From positions 19,340-83,339 of IMG/VR virus record IMGVR_UViG_3300025018_002598: a stretch of 64,000 bases of DNA. One strand, 5' to 3'. Within the stretch, counting starts at the first letter, position 1. Each line of letters starts with the position of its first letter. Below are positions 1 to 9,525 of the stretch, in pieces. A model generated the notes under the pieces. It was not told the origin of the DNA, searched no databases, and saw only the letters and a program-made list of their open reading frames with translations. The position numbers and the translations under genes were made by a program. Origin of the DNA: a virus. Lineage: Duplodnaviria; Caudoviricetes.

Positions 1-342
1 TGGAGTGAATTTCCAGCCGATACCGATTTGCTGAGAAAACAAACAAATCCTGAAACTGTTGTTTTTGAAAATTCAACAGATACAGGTGGAAGTAGACCTT
101 ACCCTGTTGCGGCCTGTGAGTATTGGTCAATATATGTGTTTGGGGATGGATCTACAGATGTTGATGTTCAAGTATGTATGAATCCCAAATATGAAACTTG
201 GGTAACTCTAAACAGTTCGGCTTTGGGTAATGCTTCGGTTTATGAGGGAAGTGGTGGTCAACATCCTTGGGTAAGAGTTTTAATTAACAATGCGGGTGCA
301 GGTACTTCTGTACACTTATTTAGAAAATATTCAACATATTAA
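1..342 (+). CDS. Hypothetical virion-module protein, 5'-partial
   Basis: The frame is open from base 1 (WSEFPADTD-LLRKQ), in frame with the 28..342 ORF. It is beta-strand-rich and lies upstream of the head genes. Confidence 0.6.
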   Translation, partial: WSEFPADTDLLRKQTNPETVVFENSTDTGGSRPYPVAACEYWSIYVFGDGSTDVDVQVCMNPKYETWVTLNSSALGNASVYEGSGGQHPWVRVLINNAGAGTSVHLFRKYSTY

Positions 343-375
343 TAAAAATCTAAAAAAAAAGAAGGAATAAGTTTC

Positions 376-400
376 AGGTATCTTTAATCGATTAATGAAT
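376..400 (+). promoter_or_regulatory. Putative SigH-type promoter AGGT-N17-GAAT
   Basis: AGGT at 376-379 and GAAT at 397-400, in the intergenic gap upstream of ORF 451. Matches the Bacillota sigma-H consensus. Confidence 0.5.
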
Positions 401-450
401 TATCTATAATTTACAAGTACTTATTCCTAATATTATGGGAGGCTTCCACA

Positions 451-657
451 ATGAGCACATTTAAAAAACTTTCTGAGCTTTCTCCAGAAGACAGACGTAA
501 AGTAAAAAATTATTGGTCTGATCTTTGGGGATCAGAATTTTCCAGCGCAGCAGTTGAAGATTATGATACAGACGCCAAGACAAAACCTGTTAAGGCTAAA
601 TCTGATTCTAAATCCGTAACTGCGAAAAAGGAAAAAATTGAAGAGATTAAATTTTAA
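451..657 (+). CDS. Small hypothetical head-module protein
   Basis: 68-aa ORF with a GGAGG RBS at about 438-442, directly before the protease gene. Confidence 0.7.
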   Translation: MSTFKKLSELSPEDRRKVKNYWSDLWGSEFSSAAVEDYDTDAKTKPVKAKSDSKSVTAKKEKIEEIKF

Positions 658-674
658 CGGGATAGGCAGACATA

Positions 675-3600
675 ATGTTTCTTAAGTATGCCAAATTACA
701 AATTCTAAATGTAGCATCTTTTAATAAAGATTTTGAAAAAAAGTCTTCTATGGAAGATGTAGTCCTTTATAGCCCAAAGACAGCATTTATTAAACATGAT
801 ATTTCAGAAAATCTTATCATGGCTAAAAATGCTTTGGACATCGTTTCGGAATTAGAACAAAGAGATCCTGAAGAATGGATCGTTTTCAGGTCTAGGGCCA
901 TTGACGCTGGTGGTTCTGAAGAGACTGGTGAAATATGGCATGGAGCCAATGATAACGGTGATTTCTTCTCAGAAGAAGAATTACTTAAATCTTACAGCTC
1001 CACTGAAGACGGTAAAGAAATTAAATCATTTGAAACTTTCATTAATTGTCCTATTTTTACTAACCATCAAAATACTGATATAGAAAAAGCTCGTGGAAAA
1101 GTAATTAATGCTTTTTACGACAAAGACAATCATTGCGTTTATACTGACGCCTTGGTTGATGCCAAAGCTTATCCAGAATTAGCTCGTGGAATTAGAGAAG
1201 GATATATATCCGACGTTTCTATGGGTGCTTCTGTTAAATTTAGCGATTGTTCAATTTGTAATCACAGAGCAACAAATGAAAAAGAATATTGTGTTGTTCC
1301 TGGTACCTATATTGAAACGGAAAACCATACAATTAAACCAATTGAAGATATTGAAATTGGTGACAAAGTATTAACGCAAGATGGCACTTATCAATCGGTT
1401 TTAGATATACATGAAAGAGAAATAGAAGATGAAATATTTGAAATTTATGCTTCTGGAAATAATGTTCCATTAGAAATAACTGGAAATCATGAAGTTTTAA
1501 CTATACCAAAAATGTCATATAGAATGACTTTTGAACAATATATTCAAAGAAATGATTTAAAGCCTGTATATAAAAGAACTGATGAGTTAAATATTGGTGA
1601 TTTTGTTCTTTATCCAAAAGAGAATCTTCGAAAATCTGAAAATCCTTTAAAATCTTTAAGATTTGCTAGGCTTCTAGGCTTATTTATTTCAGAAGGTAAT
1701 CTTTTTAGAAATAAAAAAGGAGAGATTAACGCTTTAGAATTTCATTTATCTTTAGAAGAGAAAGATCTTCTTGAAGATTTATTGAATCTAATAAAAGAAT
1801 TTGCGGTAAGAGAAGCTAAAGTTTATAAAAAAACTTCAACTTATCACATAAGAATATGGGATAAAGATCTAGCCGAAAAGGTTGTTTCGTTATGTGGACA
1901 TGGGGCAAGGACCAAATCTCTTTCAAAAGAAATAATTAATGCTTCTGGTGAATTTAAAATAAATTTATTAGGCGGAATAATAGATGGTGATGGCTGGGTA
2001 GATCCAAAAGACTATAGAAGCGTAATTGTCACGTCTTCCGACAATTTGTCTTATCAAATTAAAAAAATATCACAAGATCTTGGCTTTTCATGCTCTATTT
2101 ACAAGACTTTAAATACTCAAAATGAAACTGTAAAATACTCCAGTGGAGAACCAAACACAATAAATCATGTAAGATTTGGGTCTCATGCAACGTCAATAAT
2201 AAAACAAGGAAAATGTAAAAAACTTGAGAAATTAAATTGTCAAGAATTTGAAAAGGCAACATCGAGTTGGATTTTTGACAATTATCATGTTTCAAAAATT
2301 AGAAAAATATCTAAAAAATATTATTCTGGAACTGTTATGAATTTAGCCGTAGAAAACAATGAAAATTATATAGCGAATGGAATGATTGTTCATAACTGTT
2401 CACATGTAAAAAATCACAAAGGCAAGAAGTTGGGCGGAAAAGAAGTCTATGAAATAAATCATGGAATTAAATTCATAGAATTGTCTGCTGTTACAGATGG
2501 TGCTTGTGATAATTGTACTATTCAAAATTCATACACTGGTATGGAATTCTTAGATAAATTAAAAAATATGATTTCGGCAAGTCATTCAAATGCAGTCGCC
2601 TTGAAAAAAGTTGCAATGTTCAAGGGTTCTGCTGGTGATGATATTGATAAGTTGAATAAGTCCTTAGATTTGCTCAAGGGAGTTGCCGAGACAATCCTCA
2701 ATTCAAAAGATGTTGATTTTGAATTCTTGGAAGATATTGGTCAACTCTTAGCTGAACTCCAAAGTTTGATTGTTGATTTAGTTGAAGCGGGATTTGCGAA
2801 TCAAAACCCTGCTGGCGAAACACAAGGGGAAGGCACTCAACAACAAGCTGCTGATGCACTCACTGGTGGAGAAGAAGTTCCTGCCAATCAAGGTGCTCCA
2901 CCTACCGGAGACAATCAGTCTCAGGGATTGATGAGTCCTACCTCCCCTGTTTCATTAGGTGGGAAGGAACAAAATATAAAAACTGCGAATTTATTAGAAG
3001 GTTTAAAAACCCAAGTTCCAGAAATAAAGAAAATACTTGCTTCAATTAACAACTTAAAAAACCAAATAACTTTTGACGGAGATGAAGAAATGGCAACCAG
3101 CAAGAACATTAAAAGAAAACTAGCTTCTAACAGAATTAGTGAGAAGTTCTCTGAAATCTTAGAGAGTCAGGTTTCAAATAATGAACCTGCAATTATTAGT
3201 GACGGCCCCTATTCTGTTAAAATTGATTTTAACAAAGGAATTCAGGGGTTTGTTGGCAATAATAGAGTGATCGCTATGACTGTTGAAGAAGTTGGCGATG
3301 ATCTTCTTGGTTTAGCCAAAGTAAATCCTTCCGTAATTGGTGGAAGATTGATTGAAAAGCTTGCTTCCAAATACGATGAAAATGGAGAGGTAAAAATGAG
3401 CAAACAAGCAAAAGATTTAAATATTAAGGAGGCTTTTATTGAGAATCCTCCTCCAGTTGAGCAAGTTCAGGAAGGTCAGTTAGAAGATCTATCTGGTAAT
3501 TTCGACAGAAAGAACCATCCTGAATTAGCCGAAGGACAAATCGGTGCTACAACTCAAAAGCAATTAGAAAATGTTCCAAAGTCTAAAGAGACTGGAAAGG

Positions 3601-6600
3601 GTGACTGGAATAGAGTTCGTCCTGAAGGAACAAAAGAAGATCGTTATGTTCAAGAAATTGAACTAGATCGTCAACGTCCTACTGATTATGGTTCCGAAAG
3701 AGCTTCTTCTGGAGCGGCTAAGGCAGAAGGACAGCACTCAGGTACTCAAGAGAGTCAGTTACAAATGTCTCTCAACTATGGTTCTGAGAGATGGATTGAC
3801 GACGCAGCTCCTTGTGATTATTTACCTACTACTGAAGGTCAGTTTTCTGGTAAGGACCGCAAAGGAAAGGCTGTTGATGAAGTTTACGAAGGTCAACTTA
3901 CTGGACATAGACAAGGAAATGATTCTGAAGTTTCTTCAGAATCATTTCCTCACACAGCAAGTGTAGAAGATTATATTGCTGGTAAAGTTGTTACAGCAAT
4001 TAAGAATGGTCTTACTAACCTTGTAATGGAACATGGTATATCTCCAAAAACAATTGTGAATTCAAAAATTGATTCCAAGAAAATTGCTTCTGGAAATAGA
4101 AATAAAATTTTAAAGAAAGCACAACTTGCACAGGTTGATGTTCAGAATCTTGCAGAAAATGAAATTATAGACCAAATTGGTCCTAACATGGATTTGGCAG
4201 AAGATTATTTAGATGATGCAATTGTTGTATTGTTTGAAGATCCTGCCGAACTTGAAGCGGAACTTAGAAATTATACAAAAGAAAGACTTGCTAAGATTCA
4301 AGAAGTTTCTGATAAAGAAGATTCTGATGAAACTGTAGAGTCTAAGAGAAGAAAAGCTCTTAAAGAAAAGGCTTTCAAGAGAAACGCAAATCGTGTCTCT
4401 ATGCCTGTTGATGCTCAGAAATTAACAGAACTTTTCCCAGGAGTAAGTGACTTCACTGGTCTTGATGCTAAATTAGTTAAGCAGAAATTCCTTCAGTCTC
4501 AACCTGGTGCAAAACTTCTTGATTTCCGTAAAGTTGACGGTGGATTTGTTGCTGAAGTAGAACTTCCAGAACAGTCTGGTGAAGAAAGTGGAAATTCCAT
4601 TAATTCAAATGGTGTTCCATCTCCTTCAATTCCTTCCAACAATGCTCCTTCTCACGATTCTCAATCTGCTCAGTCTGCTCAGTCCGATCAGTCTGTAGAA
4701 TCAACAGTCGAAGTTGCTGCCGAAACAGTTGATAAACTTAAAGCTTTTGCAAAGCAGAAGAAAGAAGCACAGTCTCCTGCTGGAACAACAATGCCTCCTC
4801 CTCAAGGTGGTGCCGCTGGTGGTGGCGCTGCTGGAGACCCAATGGGTGGCGGTGGTGCTCAAGATTTATTTGGGAACACTCCTGAAGGCGCTGGCGATGT
4901 CATTGATGAAACAGAGGATGATATGGAAGATGAAGTTGGAGAAGCTAAACCATTTGGTTCTTTCAACCCATTTACCGGAAATGAAAACGTAGATGTTGTA
5001 GATGGACACTATAGAGATTCTGATACAGGTCTTGAATGGGAAGTTCAGATGAACATCAATGTTCTTAATCCAGAAAAAATTGATGATATTCAGTTTAAAG
5101 AAAATACAGATGCCGACTCAGAACTTACTGAAGGCGAAGATATTAATGAAGAAATTGCTGGTCAGCCTAACGCTGCTCCAATGGGAGCACCTGCTGGTGG
5201 TGGCGCTGCTGCCGATCCAATGGGAATGGGTGCAGGTCCAATGGCGTCATATCCTGGCTGGGTAAAAGATGCTCCATTGAAACTTGCAATGAAAGCTTCT
5301 CCAGAATATTTCTTGAATGAAAAAATGAAAAGTGATCTTAATATCAAGACAGCCTCTAAGCCAGTCGGTTCTATCTGTCCTCAGTGTGCTTCACACAAAG
5401 TGGCTTTCAGAAACTCCGAAGGTAATTGTGCTTCTTGCGGATGTAAGACATATGTTACTGCTAAAAAGAATAAGGCTGGAAGTCTTGATGTAGATCTTTA
5501 TATGCTTCCAAACCTTAAGAGAGCGGAAAAAGAAAACCGTTTTGGTGGACACGCAGTTACTGCGAATGTTGAAAACAAAGAAGTTGTAGAAAAAGCAATT
5601 CATCAGATTTTATCTGATAGAAGAGCTTTAGTAAAAGCAGCTTCTATATTAGAAAAAGATCCAATGCTTGCATGTATCAGCGAACAGTCTGTTCGTGGAT
5701 TCGACTCAGAAGATTCGATTCAGATTTGTGCTTCCATTAAATCATATCTCACAAAACAAGCTCAATTTGAAGAAGAGGATGACGAAGAAGATGATAATTC
5801 AGAAGAAACTTCATCTCCAACAGTACATGATTCTGACTCAGAAGTAACTGATAGTGTTGAGTTTGAAGATGAAATTGATGAAAGTGGAGATTCCGAAGGT
5901 CTTGAAGAAGTTGAAGAAGAGTCAGATACAGTTGAAGATACTGACGATTCCGATCTTGAAGAAGTATTTGAAGATGAGTCTGGTGAAGAAGGTGACGACT
6001 TTAGTTTAAATCTTCAGTTCACTGATTCTGATGGTAAGTCTGGCAGCATTAACATTACAGAAGATGGTGTTGATGTAAACGGAGATGTTTTTGAAGGTGC
6101 GGAATCTACTGATGATTTCGGTTCAGACATCGCAGAAGACGGCGAAGAAATGTTTGAAGACGAAATGGGTGAAGAAGCTCCTGAAGAAATTGAAATTACA
6201 GAAATCGTTGAAACAGAAGATGACGATCCATCTTCCTTGGACGGACTATTCTCTTCCTCTGTAGATAAACTCGATAGAGAAACAGAAGAATCCGAAGGTC
6301 CAAGTGAAGAATCTGAAGATGAATTTGACGTAATGGCAAATTCACTTAACACTTCTGAACTTCTTAGAGGTTCAAGAGTAGCTTCTTCAAATAGAAGCGG
6401 TGGTTCTTCTCTAGACCTTGGCTTCTTGAAAGCAGCTCTTCAGTCAGTTCCAACTGATACTGGAGCGGACGTTCCTAGAAGTGAAGAGCATGGTGTTCGT
6501 GACGAAGGTGGAAATGTTCATACAACTAAAAATGAAAATTCCGCAAAAAAAAGAAATTCTATTGCCGACACTTCTTTTAATGAAAAGGGAGTAGCTAATG

Positions 6601-7358
6601 GATCAGACAGAGGAGTTGAACAAATCAAACCTCAAACTGGAAAACATGCTGGATCTGCTGACGATTTTATTGTGACAGCGGGTGAAGACAATAAAGAAAA
6701 AGGCAAAAGAAAAGATGTTTGCCCAGACGACTTCGCTGATAAGCAATGTCCAGGAAAGGGTAAAGATAAATCAAACAAGCCTTACAAGGGTGGTGAGAAA
6801 GTAGAATCTTGTAATGCTGGTTCAGAAAAGAAGAAGGTTCAAGCTCAAACAGCACCTACTCAGCAATTAGAGCCAGTTGACGCAATTGAAGAAGGAAAAG
6901 AAGAGTCTAATGGAGAGAAGTTTGACATTCCAAGAGATAAATCTAAATCAAATCCTGAAATCAATGTAAAGCGTAAAGATGTTACTAGCCCTACAAAGGT
7001 AAGAAATAGTGATTATGGCTTTGGTCAGAAAGCTAAAGATCTTCATACAGAAGTAGTTCCTAGAGACTCCTCTGGTGATGGACTTGGCGGACCTTCTACT
7101 ACATTTGAAGATGAAGTAGCAGAGAATAGAACTTCTGGAAGTCCTGATACATATGTTCAGGAATATCAAAAGCAGAATCAGATCAAGCCAACTCCAGCAG
7201 GTAATGCAGAAAATCACGCCACAGCATCTAAAGAAGTTTGTATTAAGATAGCAAAAGCAAATGACTTAAATGCTAATAGATTAGAAGCAATTAACTTTGG
7301 TTCATTCTATGTTGTTCGTGACCTAGATTCTGGAAGAACATTTAAATATTCAGAATAA
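675..7358 (+). CDS. Prohead protease / scaffold-like polyprotein (2227 aa) with intein
   Basis: The N-terminal domain has phage prohead-protease-like motifs (NDNGDFF, FTNH, GKV, VSMG followed by CxxC...CxH). An intein occupies aa 206-574, followed by low-complexity, Zn-ribbon (CPQC...CASC) and acidic segments. It lies upstream of the scaffold and MCP genes. Confidence 0.8.
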   Translation: MFLKYAKLQILNVASFNKDFEKKSSMEDVVLYSPKTAFIKHDISENLIMAKNALDIVSELEQRDPEEWIVFRSRAIDAGGSEETGEIWHGANDNGDFFSEEELLKSYSSTEDGKEIKSFETFINCPIFTNHQNTDIEKARGKVINAFYDKDNHCVYTDALVDAKAYPELARGIREGYISDVSMGASVKFSDCSICNHRATNEKEYCVVPGTYIETENHTIKPIEDIEIGDKVLTQDGTYQSVLDIHEREIEDEIFEIYASGNNVPLEITGNHEVLTIPKMSYRMTFEQYIQRNDLKPVYKRTDELNIGDFVLYPKENLRKSENPLKSLRFARLLGLFISEGNLFRNKKGEINALEFHLSLEEKDLLEDLLNLIKEFAVREAKVYKKTSTYHIRIWDKDLAEKVVSLCGHGARTKSLSKEIINASGEFKINLLGGIIDGDGWVDPKDYRSVIVTSSDNLSYQIKKISQDLGFSCSIYKTLNTQNETVKYSSGEPNTINHVRFGSHATSIIKQGKCKKLEKLNCQEFEKATSSWIFDNYHVSKIRKISKKYYSGTVMNLAVENNENYIANGMIVHNCSHVKNHKGKKLGGKEVYEINHGIKFIELSAVTDGACDNCTIQNSYTGMEFLDKLKNMISASHSNAVALKKVAMFKGSAGDDIDKLNKSLDLLKGVAETILNSKDVDFEFLEDIGQLLAELQSLIVDLVEAGFANQNPAGETQGEGTQQQAADALTGGEEVPANQGAPPTGDNQSQGLMSPTSPVSLGGKEQNIKTANLLEGLKTQVPEIKKILASINNLKNQITFDGDEEMATSKNIKRKLASNRISEKFSEILESQVSNNEPAIISDGPYSVKIDFNKGIQGFVGNNRVIAMTVEEVGDDLLGLAKVNPSVIGGRLIEKLASKYDENGEVKMSKQAKDLNIKEAFIENPPPVEQVQEGQLEDLSGNFDRKNHPELAEGQIGATTQKQLENVPKSKETGKGDWNRVRPEGTKEDRYVQEIELDRQRPTDYGSERASSGAAKAEGQHSGTQESQLQMSLNYGSERWIDDAAPCDYLPTTEGQFSGKDRKGKAVDEVYEGQLTGHRQGNDSEVSSESFPHTASVEDYIAGKVVTAIKNGLTNLVMEHGISPKTIVNSKIDSKKIASGNRNKILKKAQLAQVDVQNLAENEIIDQIGPNMDLAEDYLDDAIVVLFEDPAELEAELRNYTKERLAKIQEVSDKEDSDETVESKRRKALKEKAFKRNANRVSMPVDAQKLTELFPGVSDFTGLDAKLVKQKFLQSQPGAKLLDFRKVDGGFVAEVELPEQSGEESGNSINSNGVPSPSIPSNNAPSHDSQSAQSAQSDQSVESTVEVAAETVDKLKAFAKQKKEAQSPAGTTMPPPQGGAAGGGAAGDPMGGGGAQDLFGNTPEGAGDVIDETEDDMEDEVGEAKPFGSFNPFTGNENVDVVDGHYRDSDTGLEWEVQMNINVLNPEKIDDIQFKENTDADSELTEGEDINEEIAGQPNAAPMGAPAGGGAAADPMGMGAGPMASYPGWVKDAPLKLAMKASPEYFLNEKMKSDLNIKTASKPVGSICPQCASHKVAFRNSEGNCASCGCKTYVTAKKNKAGSLDVDLYMLPNLKRAEKENRFGGHAVTANVENKEVVEKAIHQILSDRRALVKAASILEKDPMLACISEQSVRGFDSEDSIQICASIKSYLTKQAQFEEEDDEEDDNSEETSSPTVHDSDSEVTDSVEFEDEIDESGDSEGLEEVEEESDTVEDTDDSDLEEVFEDESGEEGDDFSLNLQFTDSDGKSGSINITEDGVDVNGDVFEGAESTDDFGSDIAEDGEEMFEDEMGEEAPEEIEITEIVETEDDDPSSLDGLFSSSVDKLDRETEESEGPSEESEDEFDVMANSLNTSELLRGSRVASSNRSGGSSLDLGFLKAALQSVPTDTGADVPRSEEHGVRDEGGNVHTTKNENSAKKRNSIADTSFNEKGVANGSDRGVEQIKPQTGKHAGSADDFIVTAGEDNKEKGKRKDVCPDDFADKQCPGKGKDKSNKPYKGGEKVESCNAGSEKKKVQAQTAPTQQLEPVDAIEEGKEESNGEKFDIPRDKSKSNPEINVKRKDVTSPTKVRNSDYGFGQKAKDLHTEVVPRDSSGDGLGGPSTTFEDEVAENRTSGSPDTYVQEYQKQNQIKPTPAGNAENHATASKEVCIKIAKANDLNANRLEAINFGSFYVVRDLDSGRTFKYSE
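1290..2396 (+). mobile_element. Intein (369 aa) with LAGLIDADG homing endonuclease in prohead protease
   Basis: Starts CVVPGT..IEDIEIGDKVLT (block A/B) and ends YIANGMIVHN followed by Cys. LAGLIDADG-like motifs LLGLFISEG and LLGGIIDGDG. Confidence 0.93.
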
Positions 7359-7366
7359 TTTAACCG

Positions 7367-7399
7367 GAGAGAGTGGGAATTAATTTTTCCACTCTCTTT
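7367..7399 (+). terminator. Hairpin, probable intrinsic terminator after the protease gene
   Basis: Inverted repeat GAGAGAGTGG...CCACTCTCT just after the stop at 7358. The U-tract is weak. Confidence 0.5.
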
Positions 7400-7426
7400 C
7401 TTATGAAAAAAAAGTAAAAAAAAAGA

Positions 7427-7452
7427 AGGAAAAAAAATTCAAAGCTTTGAAT
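7427..7452 (+). promoter_or_regulatory. Putative SigH-type promoter AGGA-N18-GAAT upstream of scaffold/decoration/MCP operon
   Basis: AGGA at 7427-7430 and GAAT at 7449-7452, in the intergenic gap. Confidence 0.6.
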
Positions 7453-7513
7453 AGAACAATATAATGATTATTCGTGCTTTAATTTACAGTAAATATCAGG
7501 TCGCTCAAGGCAA

Positions 7514-8833
7514 ATGAGGAGTATAGGAATGAATAAAACACAATTATTTTCAGATGGAACCTTTATCACAGCTTCCGATTCTGGTGAAATAAAAAAGGCT
7601 ACAAAGAATGAAGTCGTAGCATTTTTATCTTCACAGTTTCCGGCATCAAAAAGTGGTGCTGAGTTAGAGGGTGTGAGATTCGACAGTGAGTCTGGTTATG
7701 CATATGCAAGATATGCAAATCAAAAAGTTTTCAAGAAGAGAATAGCTCAATCGGCTCCAGTAAATCAAAGTGAGCCTGTTGATTCTTGCGACAGAACTCA
7801 GGAACATGGTGGAAAGAGTGAAAAATTCGACACACCAAGAAATGAGTCTAAATCAAAGCCAGAAAAGTCTGACAGAAAGGATGTTGATAATCCTACAAAA
7901 ATTAGAAATAAGAATTATGAACCTGGAAAAGATAATGTTCATACTGATGAGGTTCCTTGCAGTAAGAGCAATTCGGGTCTAAAGGGCAGTAAGGGAACTA
8001 CTTTTGATGAAGAGAAGTCTCATACTCAAAAAAGTGGAAACCCAGATTCATATGTTCAAGATTTTTCCTCTTCAGAAAAGCCAACTCCAGCAGGTAAAGA
8101 AGGAAACCACGCAGTAGCTAATACAGAAGGTGTTCAAATTAAAAGTTCGTCAGATATGTATGGTTATGAATCTGTAATGGGTGGCAAAGACGAAGATAAA
8201 GAAGGCAAAGGCTTTCCTTTCTTCGGAAAAGGGGACGATGAAGATAAAGAAGACAAAGAAGATAAAGAAGACAAAGAAGATAAAACAGAAAAAGGCGCAG
8301 ACAAAACCGAGAAATCTTCCAAAGATGATAAAAAGGAAGAAGGCGAGAAAAAAGAAAGTAAGGCGGAAAGCCAACTTAGTATAAAGGTATCTGAACTTCA
8401 AGGCAACCTATCTAAGTTAAGTAAAGAACTAGACAAAGGACGTATTCGTGAAGCCCGTCGCAATGCAGCCGTCAAGCTAGTCTTGGCAAAGCGAGACAGA
8501 AATCCAGAGAAGTTCCTTGATGGGGAAGTTTTCTTGGAAGAAGTTAACAAGATCGCAAAGAAAATGAGTGTAGAAGCAATCGAAACAGCAATTGAAGAAA
8601 TCGGTATTATTAGATTACAAGAAGTAGAAAATTCGAAAGCGATCAAAGAAGCTGCTGCTGAACTAAAAGCAGAACCAAACAGAGCAGGCTTAATGCAAAG
8701 CCTTGTTGTCCCACAGGACAATTATAAATTTGCAAGCAAGTCAAATGAATCAAATCTATCAGAAGTTCTGATGGCACATACCAAATTTGGTAAAGATGTA
8801 GAAAAAATGAGAAAGTACCATGAGGAAAATTAA
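7514..8833 (+). CDS. Scaffold-like head protein (439 aa)
   Basis: Lies between the protease and MCP genes, with a charged EDK-repeat linker and a C-terminal coiled-coil-like region. Shares a domain of about 125 aa with the C-terminus of the 2227-aa protein. Confidence 0.6.
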   Translation: MRSIGMNKTQLFSDGTFITASDSGEIKKATKNEVVAFLSSQFPASKSGAELEGVRFDSESGYAYARYANQKVFKKRIAQSAPVNQSEPVDSCDRTQEHGGKSEKFDTPRNESKSKPEKSDRKDVDNPTKIRNKNYEPGKDNVHTDEVPCSKSNSGLKGSKGTTFDEEKSHTQKSGNPDSYVQDFSSSEKPTPAGKEGNHAVANTEGVQIKSSSDMYGYESVMGGKDEDKEGKGFPFFGKGDDEDKEDKEDKEDKEDKTEKGADKTEKSSKDDKKEEGEKKESKAESQLSIKVSELQGNLSKLSKELDKGRIREARRNAAVKLVLAKRDRNPEKFLDGEVFLEEVNKIAKKMSVEAIETAIEEIGIIRLQEVENSKAIKEAAAELKAEPNRAGLMQSLVVPQDNYKFASKSNESNLSEVLMAHTKFGKDVEKMRKYHEEN

Positions 8834-8866
8834 AATGTTTCTCGCTAAATTCGGAGGAAAAAAATT

Positions 8867-9484
8867 ATGTTAATTCCTATTTTTCGTGTAATAGCATCTC
8901 AGTTCCCAGTAGATACACTTACTGGCAATGTTGAGATGGGAATGGCTGTGGGTCTAGTAGAAAATTCTGCTGGAAACGTAGTTATTCGTAAGTCCGACGA
9001 CAACGCTGCTGCGAATACAGCTCAAAACGTCGTTGGAATCGCAGGTGACAGAAAGCGTGCTTCTGAAGCCTATGAGTGGACCAATCGTGTCTCTGACATG
9101 GGTGATGATACTTCTGCCAGCGGTCTTATGACTGTTTATCATGGCGGTGGTGAATTCTGGTTCGACGTTGATGATGGTAACATCACAACTCCACTAAATG
9201 AGTCTACAATTCGTGGACCTATTTCCAGTGCGGCAACAATTACAGTTGGTGGATATCTTTATGTAGCTGACTCTTCTCAATCAAATGAGGAATCTGGTCA
9301 GTTCCATAACTCTGAAAGTACAGCAATCGTTCGCTCCGGCGAAGGTGTTCCTGTCCTTCAGGTTGTTTCTAAGGCATCCAGCATTGAATCCGGTATTCCA
9401 GGTGAATACGAACCAGGTTCTAGCGTGAACTACCCTGATCCATCCGTTCCTAGAACATGGGTTAGAGCAAGAGTTCTAGTCTAA
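8867..9484 (+). CDS. Probable capsid decoration/cementing protein
   Basis: 205-aa beta-rich protein immediately upstream of the MCP, with a GGAGG RBS. Assignment rests on synteny only. Confidence 0.5.
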   Translation: MLIPIFRVIASQFPVDTLTGNVEMGMAVGLVENSAGNVVIRKSDDNAAANTAQNVVGIAGDRKRASEAYEWTNRVSDMGDDTSASGLMTVYHGGGEFWFDVDDGNITTPLNESTIRGPISSAATITVGGYLYVADSSQSNEESGQFHNSESTAIVRSGEGVPVLQVVSKASSIESGIPGEYEPGSSVNYPDPSVPRTWVRARVLV

Positions 9485-9525
9485 TAGCTTGTGTATAGCA
9501 AATTCTTATATAGGGAGACACTAAA

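Noticed and set aside
8240-8285. GAAGATAAAGAAGACAAA short tandem repeats
   Set aside because: They encode an ordinary EDK charged linker and are not a CRISPR or regulatory array.
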